Assembly: GCA_023261805.1 (NCBI GenBank) | Contig: JAGDXV010000022.1 | Coordinates: forward strand, 1-42,359 | Length of the DNA: 42,359 nucleotides | Reading direction: 5' to 3' | Origin: Candidatus Parvarchaeota archaeon | GTDB lineage: Archaea > Nanobdellota > Nanobdellia > Parvarchaeales > Parvarchaeaceae | Part shown: in pieces, positions 28,553 to 36,513 of the stretch | Layout: the number at the start of each line of letters is the position of its first letter | How positions within the stretch are numbered: position 1 is the stretch's first letter | Position numbers and translations under genes: made by a program | Notes under the pieces: model-generated | Told to the model about the DNA's origin: nothing | The model's input: the letters and a program-made list of their open reading frames with translations, nothing else | The model's database searches: none

Positions 28553-28935
28553 CAGATACATTATCTGATGCAATAAACACGATAAAGATCGCGAGGAAGA
28601 CGGGAAAGGCAGTCTGCGTTCTGAAGCCGTTTTCTAAGCTGCTTGTTAACGTCCTGGGAATACTTCAGAAAAACGGTTACATAGAAAAATATGAAATGAT
28701 CTCGGATTCAAGGGGAGGCTTTATAAGGGTGACATTGAACGATTCGCTGAATGAATGCAAAACAATCAAACCGCGCATATCTGTGCGTTTCGAGGACCTT
28801 CAGCGTTACGAGAAGAGATTCCTTCCCGCCCTGAATTTCGGTTTGCTCATCCTTTCCACGAGCAGCGGCGTGATGACAAACATCGACGCAAGAAATAATC
28901 ATGTCGGTGGGAGGCTTTTACTATATGTCTATTAA
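28549..28935 (+). CDS. rps8: 30S ribosomal protein uS8
   Basis: MTDTLSDA start after GGAGGT, IKPR, EKRFLPA, LSTSSG, GGRLLLYVY. Confidence 0.95.
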   Translation: MTDTLSDAINTIKIARKTGKAVCVLKPFSKLLVNVLGILQKNGYIEKYEMISDSRGGFIRVTLNDSLNECKTIKPRISVRFEDLQRYEKRFLPALNFGLLILSTSSGVMTNIDARNNHVGGRLLLYVY

Positions 28936-29449
28936 GTTCAATGTACTAGTACCGGAGAATGTAGATTTGAGAATAGATGGGAAGAAAATCTATGTCAAAT
29001 CAGAGAAGGGAGAATTATCTACGGACATACGTTATTCTTTCTTGAATGTCACAAAGGATGGCAAGCTTCTTCGTATAACAGCGCAGAAGGATAACGATTT
29101 TCAAAAAGCTATAGCCGGCACGCTGGCGGCAAGTGTGAGGAACATGATTAAGGGCGTGACGGAGGGATACACAGCGACCTTGGAGCTGGTTTACTCACAC
29201 TTTCCTGCCTCTCTGAAGCTTGATGGGAAGAAGCTTCTGGTCGAAAATTTTGTTGGTGAGAGAAAAAGCAGAGAAATCTTGATACCAGACGGTGTTGATA
29301 TCAAAGTCCATGGTACACAGATCACTCTCTCAGGTATAGATAAATATCTCGTTGGTCAAACCGCTGGAAGCATAGAGGCAGCAACAAAGTTGAAGGCAAA
29401 GGATAGGAGGGTATTTAAGGACGGGATATATATAACGAAGAAGCCCTGA
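28925..29449 (+). CDS. rpl6: 50S ribosomal protein uL6
   Basis: NMIKGVTEG, YSHFP, NFVGE, DRRVFKDGIYI. Start placed at the ATG after GGGAGG. Confidence 0.95.
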   Translation: MSIKFNVLVPENVDLRIDGKKIYVKSEKGELSTDIRYSFLNVTKDGKLLRITAQKDNDFQKAIAGTLAASVRNMIKGVTEGYTATLELVYSHFPASLKLDGKKLLVENFVGERKSREILIPDGVDIKVHGTQITLSGIDKYLVGQTAGSIEAATKLKAKDRRVFKDGIYITKKP

Positions 29450-29455
29450 AAAAAT

Positions 29456-29803
29456 ATGGAATTCACAAAACACGATGCGGGAAAATTGAAGCGTGTCGGC
29501 AGCTCCTGGAGGCTACCGAGAGGAAAGAAGAACAGAGACCGGCTTCAAAGAAGGGGACACAGGAAACTACCGCAAGAGGGTTTCAGGCGTGCAAGAGAGG
29601 AGAGGGGAAAGATAAACGGAAAGGAGGTTTTTCTGCTCCATTCTCTCTCTGAGATTTCACAGTTGAATCAGGATAACATCGTCATAATTTCATCATCCGT
29701 AGGAAAAAGGAAGAGGGAAGCTCTATTGAAGGCGTGCACGGAAAAGGGGATAGAGGTATTGAACCATGGTGTCACTAAAAACACAGAGAAGGGTAGCCAG
29801 TGA
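29456..29803 (+). CDS. rpl32e: 50S ribosomal protein eL32
   Basis: WRLPRG, SSSVGKRKR, GIEVLN and operon position. Confidence 0.9.
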   Translation: MEFTKHDAGKLKRVGSSWRLPRGKKNRDRLQRRGHRKLPQEGFRRAREERGKINGKEVFLLHSLSEISQLNQDNIVIISSSVGKRKREALLKACTEKGIEVLNHGVTKNTEKGSQ

Positions 29804-30209
29804 AATACTGGGTGTTGGGGAGAAGAGGATCAAGATGGATCCATCGAAGATGAAGGAGATAAAGGAAGCGATAACAAGGGAAGACATCAAGAAGCTGATA
29901 GATCAGGGTGTGATCTCCGTCAGACCGATCGTCGGTCAGTCAAGAGCGAGGGCAAGGGTGCTCGCTGAAAAGAAATCAAGAGGACATAGGAAGGGCAGGG
30001 GAAGCAGAAAGGGAAAGCTTTCAGCGAGGGAGGCGACGGACTGGAGGCTTAAGATAAGAGCACTCAGGAGGGAGCTTAAGAAGCAGCTGAGTGCAGGAAA
30101 TATAAGTAAAGCGGAATATAGACTGCTTTACAGACGCGCAAAGGGAGGGGCATTTCACAGTGTTTCCCACCTTAGATACATGATAAGCGCGGAGCGGAAG
30201 AACCAATGA
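29766..30209 (+). CDS. rpl19e: 50S ribosomal protein eL19
   Basis: QRRVASEILGVG, AITREDIK, GRGSRKG, YRLLYRRAKGG. Confidence 0.95.
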   Translation: MVSLKTQRRVASEILGVGEKRIKMDPSKMKEIKEAITREDIKKLIDQGVISVRPIVGQSRARARVLAEKKSRGHRKGRGSRKGKLSAREATDWRLKIRALRRELKKQLSAGNISKAEYRLLYRRAKGGAFHSVSHLRYMISAERKNQ

Positions 30210-30721
30210 AAAAGAGAGCTGTTAAAACTGATTATAGGAGAAGGATGAAACTTTTGAAGTCCGGTTTACCAAGACTTGTCATCAGAAAGACGAACCGCTA
30301 CATAATAGGGATGATCGTTGAGTATTCTCCATCCGGAGACAGGACGAGTAAACTGATCACGAGCAAATCATTGAAGAAATACGGTTGGGAGCTTGGTCTT
30401 AAGAATACGCCTGCTGCCTATTTGACTGGCTTTCTGATCGGAAAGACAGGAGGGGTCAAGGAAGCCATCGTTGACAAGGGGAGACATACAATGAGCAAAG
30501 GAAGTTTCATACGTTATTTCATAAAAGGCGCGCTGGATGCAGGGATGGATCTTCATGTAAAGGAAATGGATATCGACAAGGAGAGAATGGTCGGAAAACA
30601 TATTTTAGATTATTATTCAAAGGACTCATCAAAGTTTTCAGAGCTCGGTGATAAGATTAAACTTATAACTGATGAGTTCAATAAGGTGATTGAGAAAATA
30701 AATCAGGAAAATGGAAGATGA
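30206..30721 (+). CDS. rpl18: 50S ribosomal protein uL18
   Basis: KTDYRRR, RLVIRKTN, NTPAAYLTG, GALDAG. Confidence 0.93.
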   Translation: MKKRAVKTDYRRRMKLLKSGLPRLVIRKTNRYIIGMIVEYSPSGDRTSKLITSKSLKKYGWELGLKNTPAAYLTGFLIGKTGGVKEAIVDKGRHTMSKGSFIRYFIKGALDAGMDLHVKEMDIDKERMVGKHILDYYSKDSSKFSELGDKIKLITDEFNKVIEKINQENGR

Positions 30722-31427
30722 GGTTGAAGAGAAGCAAGAGATAGAAGAGGAGAAGCAGCAGAAGTCGTACAACTTCAAGACGGAACTTGGAAAAAAAGTC
30801 CTGTCTGGAGAAATAAAGAACATCGATGAAATACTCGACAGCAATCTAAAAATACTTGAGGAGGGCATCGTTGACTATCTTCTTCCTGATCTTGAAATAG
30901 AATATCTTTACATCGGCCAGTCAAGGGGAAAGCTTGGTGGAGGAAAGAGAAGGATCGTGAAGAACACACAGAAGGTTACCGCCGAGGGAAAGAGGCAGAG
31001 GTTCTCCGCTGTCGCCGTTGTAGGGGATAAGAAAGGCCATCTTGGGATAGGCAGAGGAAGCGGGCTAGAGTCGGTGATAGCAAAGGAAAAGGCCGTAAAA
31101 AATGCAAAATTGAACATCACGAAGGTGCTTCTGGGCTGCGGTAGCTCCGAGTGTGCCTGCAGGGAGAAGCATTCTATTCCATTCGTCACCACGGGGAGAA
31201 GTGGCTCAGTGAGGGTGACGTTGATTCCAGCTCCAAAAGGTGTCGGTGCTTGCACGGCAGATGATATCAAGACGATAATACGTCTCGCCGGGATAAAGGA
31301 TGTTTGGTCGAAGGTCATAGGTCAGACAGGTACAAGGGTCAATCTCGGTTATGCGACCTTCGATGCGCTGAGGAAATTAAATCTTTTCAGGTACAATGAT
31401 AAAAACAAGGAAGAGTTGGGTATCTGA
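30711..31427 (+). CDS. rps5: 30S ribosomal protein uS5
   Basis: AVVGDKKGHLG, GCGSSEC, SVRVTLIPAPKG, LAGIKDVWS. Confidence 0.95.
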   Translation: MEDEVEEKQEIEEEKQQKSYNFKTELGKKVLSGEIKNIDEILDSNLKILEEGIVDYLLPDLEIEYLYIGQSRGKLGGGKRRIVKNTQKVTAEGKRQRFSAVAVVGDKKGHLGIGRGSGLESVIAKEKAVKNAKLNITKVLLGCGSSECACREKHSIPFVTTGRSGSVRVTLIPAPKGVGACTADDIKTIIRLAGIKDVWSKVIGQTGTRVNLGYATFDALRKLNLFRYNDKNKEELGI

Positions 31428-31432
31428 TTCAC

Positions 31433-31858
31433 ATGGAAAAGCTTTGTGTGATAAAAATAAGGTCGGATATAAGGGCAAATGGTAAGCAGAAGGAGATTTT
31501 TTCGATCCTTGATTTAAGAAAACAAAATAATTGTGCGATATTTGATAAAACAGATTCGATTTTAGGTCTATTGAAGGAAGTGGAGGGTTACGTGACGTAC
31601 GGCGAGGTCGATGCCGAGAGCCTCAAAAAGCTACTGAAAAAGAAAACAACCATAGATGAACAGAAACTGGATCAATTTGTAAAGGATTTTTTTGATTCAA
31701 AGGCCAAACTTTCCGACCTCGGGATCAGAAACAGATTTTCGCTTCATCCGCCGAGGAAAGGATTTGAGAGAAAAGGTAAGAAAGTACCGTATAAATTGGG
31801 AGGAGCTGCCGGTTATCGGGGAAAAGATATAAATGAACTTTTGTTGAGGATGATATGA
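31433..31858 (+). CDS. rpl30: 50S ribosomal protein uL30
   Basis: YVTYGE, FSLHPPRKG, GYRGKDINELLLRMI. Confidence 0.93.
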   Translation: MEKLCVIKIRSDIRANGKQKEIFSILDLRKQNNCAIFDKTDSILGLLKEVEGYVTYGEVDAESLKKLLKKKTTIDEQKLDQFVKDFFDSKAKLSDLGIRNRFSLHPPRKGFERKGKKVPYKLGGAAGYRGKDINELLLRMI

Positions 31859-32262
31859 AACACAAGAAACTTAGAGGAAGCAACACCGCTGGAAGAGGGG
31901 CAGGAGATAGATCCCGCAGCGGAGCTGGGAGAAGGGGAGGAAGAGGAAAAGCTGGCGGGGGAAAGAGAGGACAGCAGAAGCTGATGTCTTTCCATGAGAA
32001 TAGGCATGCTCCGGAGGAAAGGCACATTAAAAAGATTCCCCTTAATTTGAATCGTATTCAATTTATTATCGAAAAGCTGAAAAAGGATGGAAAGCTGGTA
32101 TACGATGGTGATAGGATCGTACTTCACCTAGACGAGCTCGGTTTTTCAAAAGTCTGTGGCGGTTTCAAGGGCGAAAAGATGAAGCTTGTCGTTTACGGCA
32201 AGGCATCTGCCAAAGCGGAGGAGGACATAAAGGCGGGCGGTGGTGAAGTTAGATATGAATGA
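31855..32262 (+). CDS. rpl15: 50S ribosomal protein uL15
   Basis: KLRGS, GRRGGRGKAG, SAKAEEDIKAGGG. Confidence 0.9.
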   Translation: MKHKKLRGSNTAGRGAGDRSRSGAGRRGGRGKAGGGKRGQQKLMSFHENRHAPEERHIKKIPLNLNRIQFIIEKLKKDGKLVYDGDRIVLHLDELGFSKVCGGFKGEKMKLVVYGKASAKAEEDIKAGGGEVRYE

Positions 32263-33652
32263 GAAGATCAAAAATTTTCTCTCAAATTTGCCATCCGTTC
32301 CAGTTCCAGAGGAGAAGCTTTCACTCAAAACTAAATTTATCTGGACAGGCATCATCCTTCTTCTTTTCATAATCATGTCCTTCACCCCTCTTTACGGGGT
32401 CAGTAGCGCATACAGTTTGAACTTTGAGATACTTCAGGTTCTTCTTGCTTCTCACTTCGGTTCACTTCTTTCCTTAGGTATAGGTCCGATAGTTAGCGCA
32501 AGCATAATAATACAAATGCTGCAGGGGACAGACATCATACACATAGATACCTCAACGAGGGACGGAAGGGTCCTTTTTCAGGGTCTGCAGAAGATATCTG
32601 CGATCATATTTGTTATAATAGAGAATGCGGTCTATGTTTTCAGTGGCGCACTCTCCCCTGCCGGTCCAGGCCTATTTTACCCGCTGGTGATGTTCGTTCA
32701 GCTTGTGATAGCTGGCTTTATCCTTGTACTGATGGATGAAGTTGTAAGCAAGTGGGGAATCGGTTCAGGTATAAGTCTCTTCATATTGGCTGGAATCTCC
32801 CTTCAGCTCATCAATACGACCTTCAATCCATTCATCTCACCGCAAGGTGCGATACCGGCGATCATATCTTCATTGTCAACAGGTGCACCGTTGAGCGCAT
32901 TGTTCCCTGTTATAACGATAATATCGACGATAGCGTTGTTCGCGGTTTCAATATGGCTTCAGGGTGTCAAGGTAGAACTTCCTCTCGCCTTCGGTAGGCT
33001 TAGAGGCTATGCGATAAGATGGCCGGTTGCGCTTTTTTACACAAGTATAATACCGATAGTGCTGATCGTTTCGATCGTCGCGGGTATCCAGTTTTTCGGT
33101 TTGGAGCTGTTCCATTCAGGAATAACGATACTTGGAACATATACACAAGAATCAACGATATTCGGCGTTCAAGAGGTTCCGGTGAGTGGAATAGCCGCGT
33201 TGTTGTCACCTCCAACTATACAACAATTGTATGTTAGTTATACCACCACGGGCATAACCCTTCTGCAGATCGAATCCATGATAGTCTATACCCTCGTTCT
33301 GGTGATAGGTGCTGCTATTTTTTCATATCTCTGGATGTTTCTTGGAGGGCAGGATCCAAAATCCGTCGCTACACAACTGATAGAATCCGGTCTTTCGATG
33401 CCTGGTTTCAGGAGGGATGAAAGGGTCTTGACGGAGGTTCTGAAGCGTTATATTATTCCTCTCGCTGTGATAGGCGGTGCGCTGACGGGTCTTATAGCGG
33501 CACTGGCAACGTTCCTTGATACGCTCACCGCGGGGATAGGTATATTACTTATAGTCATGATAATATATCAGTTCTATACATCTTTGATGAGCGAGAACAG
33601 GGAGGAATTCGAACCGATCAAGGACAAATTGGTCGGAGAATCTGAAGAATAA
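32255..33652 (+). CDS. secY: Preprotein translocase subunit SecY
   Basis: LGIGPIVSASIIIQML, MDEVVSKWGIGSGISLFI, YTSIIP, PGFRRD, GIGILL and multiple TM helices. Confidence 0.95.
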   Translation: MNEKIKNFLSNLPSVPVPEEKLSLKTKFIWTGIILLLFIIMSFTPLYGVSSAYSLNFEILQVLLASHFGSLLSLGIGPIVSASIIIQMLQGTDIIHIDTSTRDGRVLFQGLQKISAIIFVIIENAVYVFSGALSPAGPGLFYPLVMFVQLVIAGFILVLMDEVVSKWGIGSGISLFILAGISLQLINTTFNPFISPQGAIPAIISSLSTGAPLSALFPVITIISTIALFAVSIWLQGVKVELPLAFGRLRGYAIRWPVALFYTSIIPIVLIVSIVAGIQFFGLELFHSGITILGTYTQESTIFGVQEVPVSGIAALLSPPTIQQLYVSYTTTGITLLQIESMIVYTLVLVIGAAIFSYLWMFLGGQDPKSVATQLIESGLSMPGFRRDERVLTEVLKRYIIPLAVIGGALTGLIAALATFLDTLTAGIGILLIVMIIYQFYTSLMSENREEFEPIKDKLVGESEE

Positions 33653-33654
33653 AT

Positions 33655-34362
33655 ATGATTTGGGAAGCTTGGCTTGTTGTGATCCTAGGGGTGATCGTCG
33701 GTGTTTCCGGGCAGATCGCATATCTTTTGATCGTCGACCATGAGAAGGTAAGGGCAAGCAAATCAAGGATAAAAGAGCTTCAAACGAAGATAAAAGCGAC
33801 CCCGCCGACAGATCCTTCCTTCAAGTCATTGCAGACGGAACTTCTTTCAGAGAATGCGAAGATAATGAAGCAGACAATGAAACCAACTTATGTGACCTTC
33901 ATCCCTTTTCTTATAATATTTGTTTTGGTTGAGATGTATCTAAGTGCTGTTCCGATCACCATCGGCGTTCCAATTTCTGCTCAGATCATTGGGAATTTCA
34001 CAGGCAATATAACCTCAACCTGTCTCATGATCAACGGGGAGTTGACTAGGTCGCTTTCTGTCGTCAATGGGATGGCATTCAATGCGACTGTATTGAAAGA
34101 CAACTGCACCCTCTTTTTTATAAGCAATCATGCCAAAAGCAATGTGAGCCTTTCAGGCCTTGTCGGATCGGTACAGAAGAAGGTCTTTTCAGTGAACGGT
34201 GTGAAATTGGCTTTTACCCCCAATGACCTGATCGTAGCATCCTTTTACCTTCCACCTTTCGGAACGATCTATATAAACTGGTTCTGGGCTTACCTTATTT
34301 TCTCTCTCATCTCTGGATTGGGCTTGAACAGGGTCTTCATCCACTACAAGCTTGTGGCTTAG
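33655..34362 (+). CDS. DUF106 / EMC3-TMCO1 (Oxa1 superfamily) membrane insertase-like protein
   Basis: TM helix, coiled coil, MKQTMKPTYVTFIP, C-terminal WFWAYLIFS, located after secY. Confidence 0.8.
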   Translation: MIWEAWLVVILGVIVGVSGQIAYLLIVDHEKVRASKSRIKELQTKIKATPPTDPSFKSLQTELLSENAKIMKQTMKPTYVTFIPFLIIFVLVEMYLSAVPITIGVPISAQIIGNFTGNITSTCLMINGELTRSLSVVNGMAFNATVLKDNCTLFFISNHAKSNVSLSGLVGSVQKKVFSVNGVKLAFTPNDLIVASFYLPPFGTIYINWFWAYLIFSLISGLGLNRVFIHYKLVA

Positions 34363-34378
34363 GAATTCTGAGGGTCAT

Positions 34379-34461
34379 CGCTGGGTACAGGATTCGAACC
34401 TGTGCATCCTTACGGAAACTGGCTCTCAAGGCCAGCGCTTTAACCACTCAGCCAACCCAGC
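34379..34461 (-). tRNA. tRNA-Ser(TGA)
   Basis: On the reverse strand: GCTGGGT/ACCCAGC acceptor, CTGGC-CTTGAGA-GCCAG anticodon arm, long variable arm TCC-GTAA-GGA, ACAGG-TTCGAAT-CCTGT T-arm, discriminator G. Confidence 0.95.
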
Positions 34462-34488
34462 ATTCATTATAGAAGGCTAACATCAATT

Positions 34489-35187
34489 TTATAGTTTTCT
34501 TTTCCTCTTTCTTTTGTTTTTTCTTCTGTACAGGAGCACAACGATGACAATTCCAAGACCGATCATCCCTGCCACGACTATCTCCCTTACAAAGGCGATA
34601 ATCGACAGGGAGAGCACCAAGGAAACATAAGTCATCCAGCTCCCGAGATCCCTGGCATCACCCCTTTTGGTTCCGAAGGTCAAGAACAGAATAGTAAAGC
34701 TTACAAGAAACCATCCGACGAAGTTTGATAGAGGGACACCATAGTAGAAATTATCAAGTGTTGTCAGCCATATCCATGCCCTTCCGCTCAGAAGCGGATC
34801 CATCACAACATCAATAAGCATGGTGAAAACAGCTGAAAGGAAGAGGGAATTGAAGGTCATATATGACACAGCAATGAATGAAAACCACATGAAAGGTATC
34901 AGCAACGGGATCCCGAATATCTTATAACCAAGGTTAGAGGTGTAAATGTATTTTCCAAAGGGAAAGCCGTAGTGCACACCGAGGAACTCAAACGCATAGG
35001 AAAGGACCACCGCCGTCAGCAGAAATTTTGTGCTTTTTTCCAGGCCATATTTTTTGACGGAGAGAAGAAAAGCGTATGGGATCAGAAGGGTATACGCAAG
35101 AAAGGAGAAGAAGTTGTTTGGAAAAGCGGTGGCGATTATTACCACAGATATTATGAGAGAAAGCAGCCAATACTTTTGTGCATCCAT
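34489..35187 (-). CDS. CruF-like carotenoid hydratase family membrane protein
   Basis: E-x-LGV-x-YGFPFGKY-x-Y, GIPLLIPFMW, DVVMDP, WIW, YYGVPLSNFVGWF, multi-TM. Confidence 0.75.
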   Translation of the reverse strand: MDAQKYWLLSLIISVVIIATAFPNNFFSFLAYTLLIPYAFLLSVKKYGLEKSTKFLLTAVVLSYAFEFLGVHYGFPFGKYIYTSNLGYKIFGIPLLIPFMWFSFIAVSYMTFNSLFLSAVFTMLIDVVMDPLLSGRAWIWLTTLDNFYYGVPLSNFVGWFLVSFTILFLTFGTKRGDARDLGSWMTYVSLVLSLSIIAFVREIVVAGMIGLGIVIVVLLYRRKNKRKRKRKL

Positions 35188-35193
35188 AATATT

Positions 35194-36471
35194 TTATGGG
35201 GTTACCCTTTCAGGAGTTCTTGGAAGAAGCGTGGCTTCAGCGATGTTTTGAAGGTCTAACATCTGCTTTACTATCCTCTCAAGGCCGGTGCCTCCTCCGC
35301 CATGCGGGGGTGCTCCATACTTAAAGAAGTCAAGATAGAATGAGAATTTTTCAGGATCAAGACCTTTCTCCTTCAATTGAGATACGAGAACATCGTACCT
35401 GTGTTCTCTCTGTGCAAGGGTCGTAATTTCTAATCCTTTGTATATCAGATCGGCCCTGTATGTTACATCCTCCTCACCTGCCTTTCGCATGTGATAGAAC
35501 TGCGCGGCTGACCAGGGGAATTCGGTCAGGAAGAAGAAGTCACTTTTGTACTTGTTCTTTACGTACTCTCCGAGCATTCTTTCGCCCTCAGGGTCTATGT
35601 CATCCCCTATTTCCTTGTTATATTTCTCCTTCAGTATTTTCTTAGCTTCCTTGAATGGAATGCGGGGGAACTTATAATGCTGGAGCTCCGCCCTCGCACC
35701 AAGTATGTCCAGTTCGGTCTTGTTTTTCTTGTGTACAAACTTTAGTAGCTTAACCATCAGCTCCTCCATTATTTTCATAATCTCCTCATACGACTCTATG
35801 AAGCCCATCTCTATATCCACACTAGTATACTCGCACAGGTGTCTTGTGGTATGGTGGGGCTCAGCCCTAAAAACAGGCCCTATCTCAAATACTTTCGGAT
35901 AGCCAGCTATCACCATCATCTGTTTGTAGAATTGAGGCGATTGTGCAAGATAAGCAGTCTTATCGAAATATACTATCGGAAATACATTTGCCCCTCCTTC
36001 TGTAGCCTGCGAAACTATCTTTGATGAATGAAAGTTGACAAAGCCTTTTTTCTGGAAGAAATCATTTATAAAGTATGTGACAGTGCTTTCTATTTTGAAT
36101 ATCGCGTGCTGTTTCTCCTTTCTCAGGCTCAGGAAACGGTAATCAAGCTGTTTATCGAGTGTTGAATCAATTTTTTCATTCATATTCAGCGGTATCGGCT
36201 GCTCAGCGTGCGCAAGTATCTTGATCTCCAAAGGGGTTATCTCGAAGTTATTGATGACATCGCTGTTGAGTTTTATCTTTCCCCTCAATACAATCACATC
36301 TTCAGGCTTGAGTGATCTTGCGATAGAAAAATTTGGTTCATTTTCTTCTGTCAGAGTAGCCTGATAGTATCTACCATCCTCCCTGACGATCAGAAATATT
36401 ATTTTATTTAGATCTCTGACGGCGCTTACCCATCCCTTTAAAACTACTATATCTTCTGTTTCGTAAAACAT
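35194..36471 (-). CDS. aspS: Aspartate--tRNA ligase (archaeal type)
   Basis: ATEGGANVF, LAQSPQFYKQ, motif 2 FRAEPHHTTRHLCE, motif 3 GAPPHGGGGTGLER. Confidence 0.93.
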   Translation of the reverse strand: MFYETEDIVVLKGWVSAVRDLNKIIFLIVREDGRYYQATLTEENEPNFSIARSLKPEDVIVLRGKIKLNSDVINNFEITPLEIKILAHAEQPIPLNMNEKIDSTLDKQLDYRFLSLRKEKQHAIFKIESTVTYFINDFFQKKGFVNFHSSKIVSQATEGGANVFPIVYFDKTAYLAQSPQFYKQMMVIAGYPKVFEIGPVFRAEPHHTTRHLCEYTSVDIEMGFIESYEEIMKIMEELMVKLLKFVHKKNKTELDILGARAELQHYKFPRIPFKEAKKILKEKYNKEIGDDIDPEGERMLGEYVKNKYKSDFFFLTEFPWSAAQFYHMRKAGEEDVTYRADLIYKGLEITTLAQREHRYDVLVSQLKEKGLDPEKFSFYLDFFKYGAPPHGGGGTGLERIVKQMLDLQNIAEATLLPRTPERVTP

Positions 36472-36513
36472 ATCTAATTCGAGTAAATGAAGGTATTAAT
36501 ATTTTATTCTTAA

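Noticed and set aside
27790-32254. Longer ORF-track starts for uL5 (27790), uS8 (28495), uL6 (28901) and secY (32240)
   Set aside because: Downstream ATGs fit Shine-Dalgarno-like motifs, stop/start overlaps and expected N-termini better.
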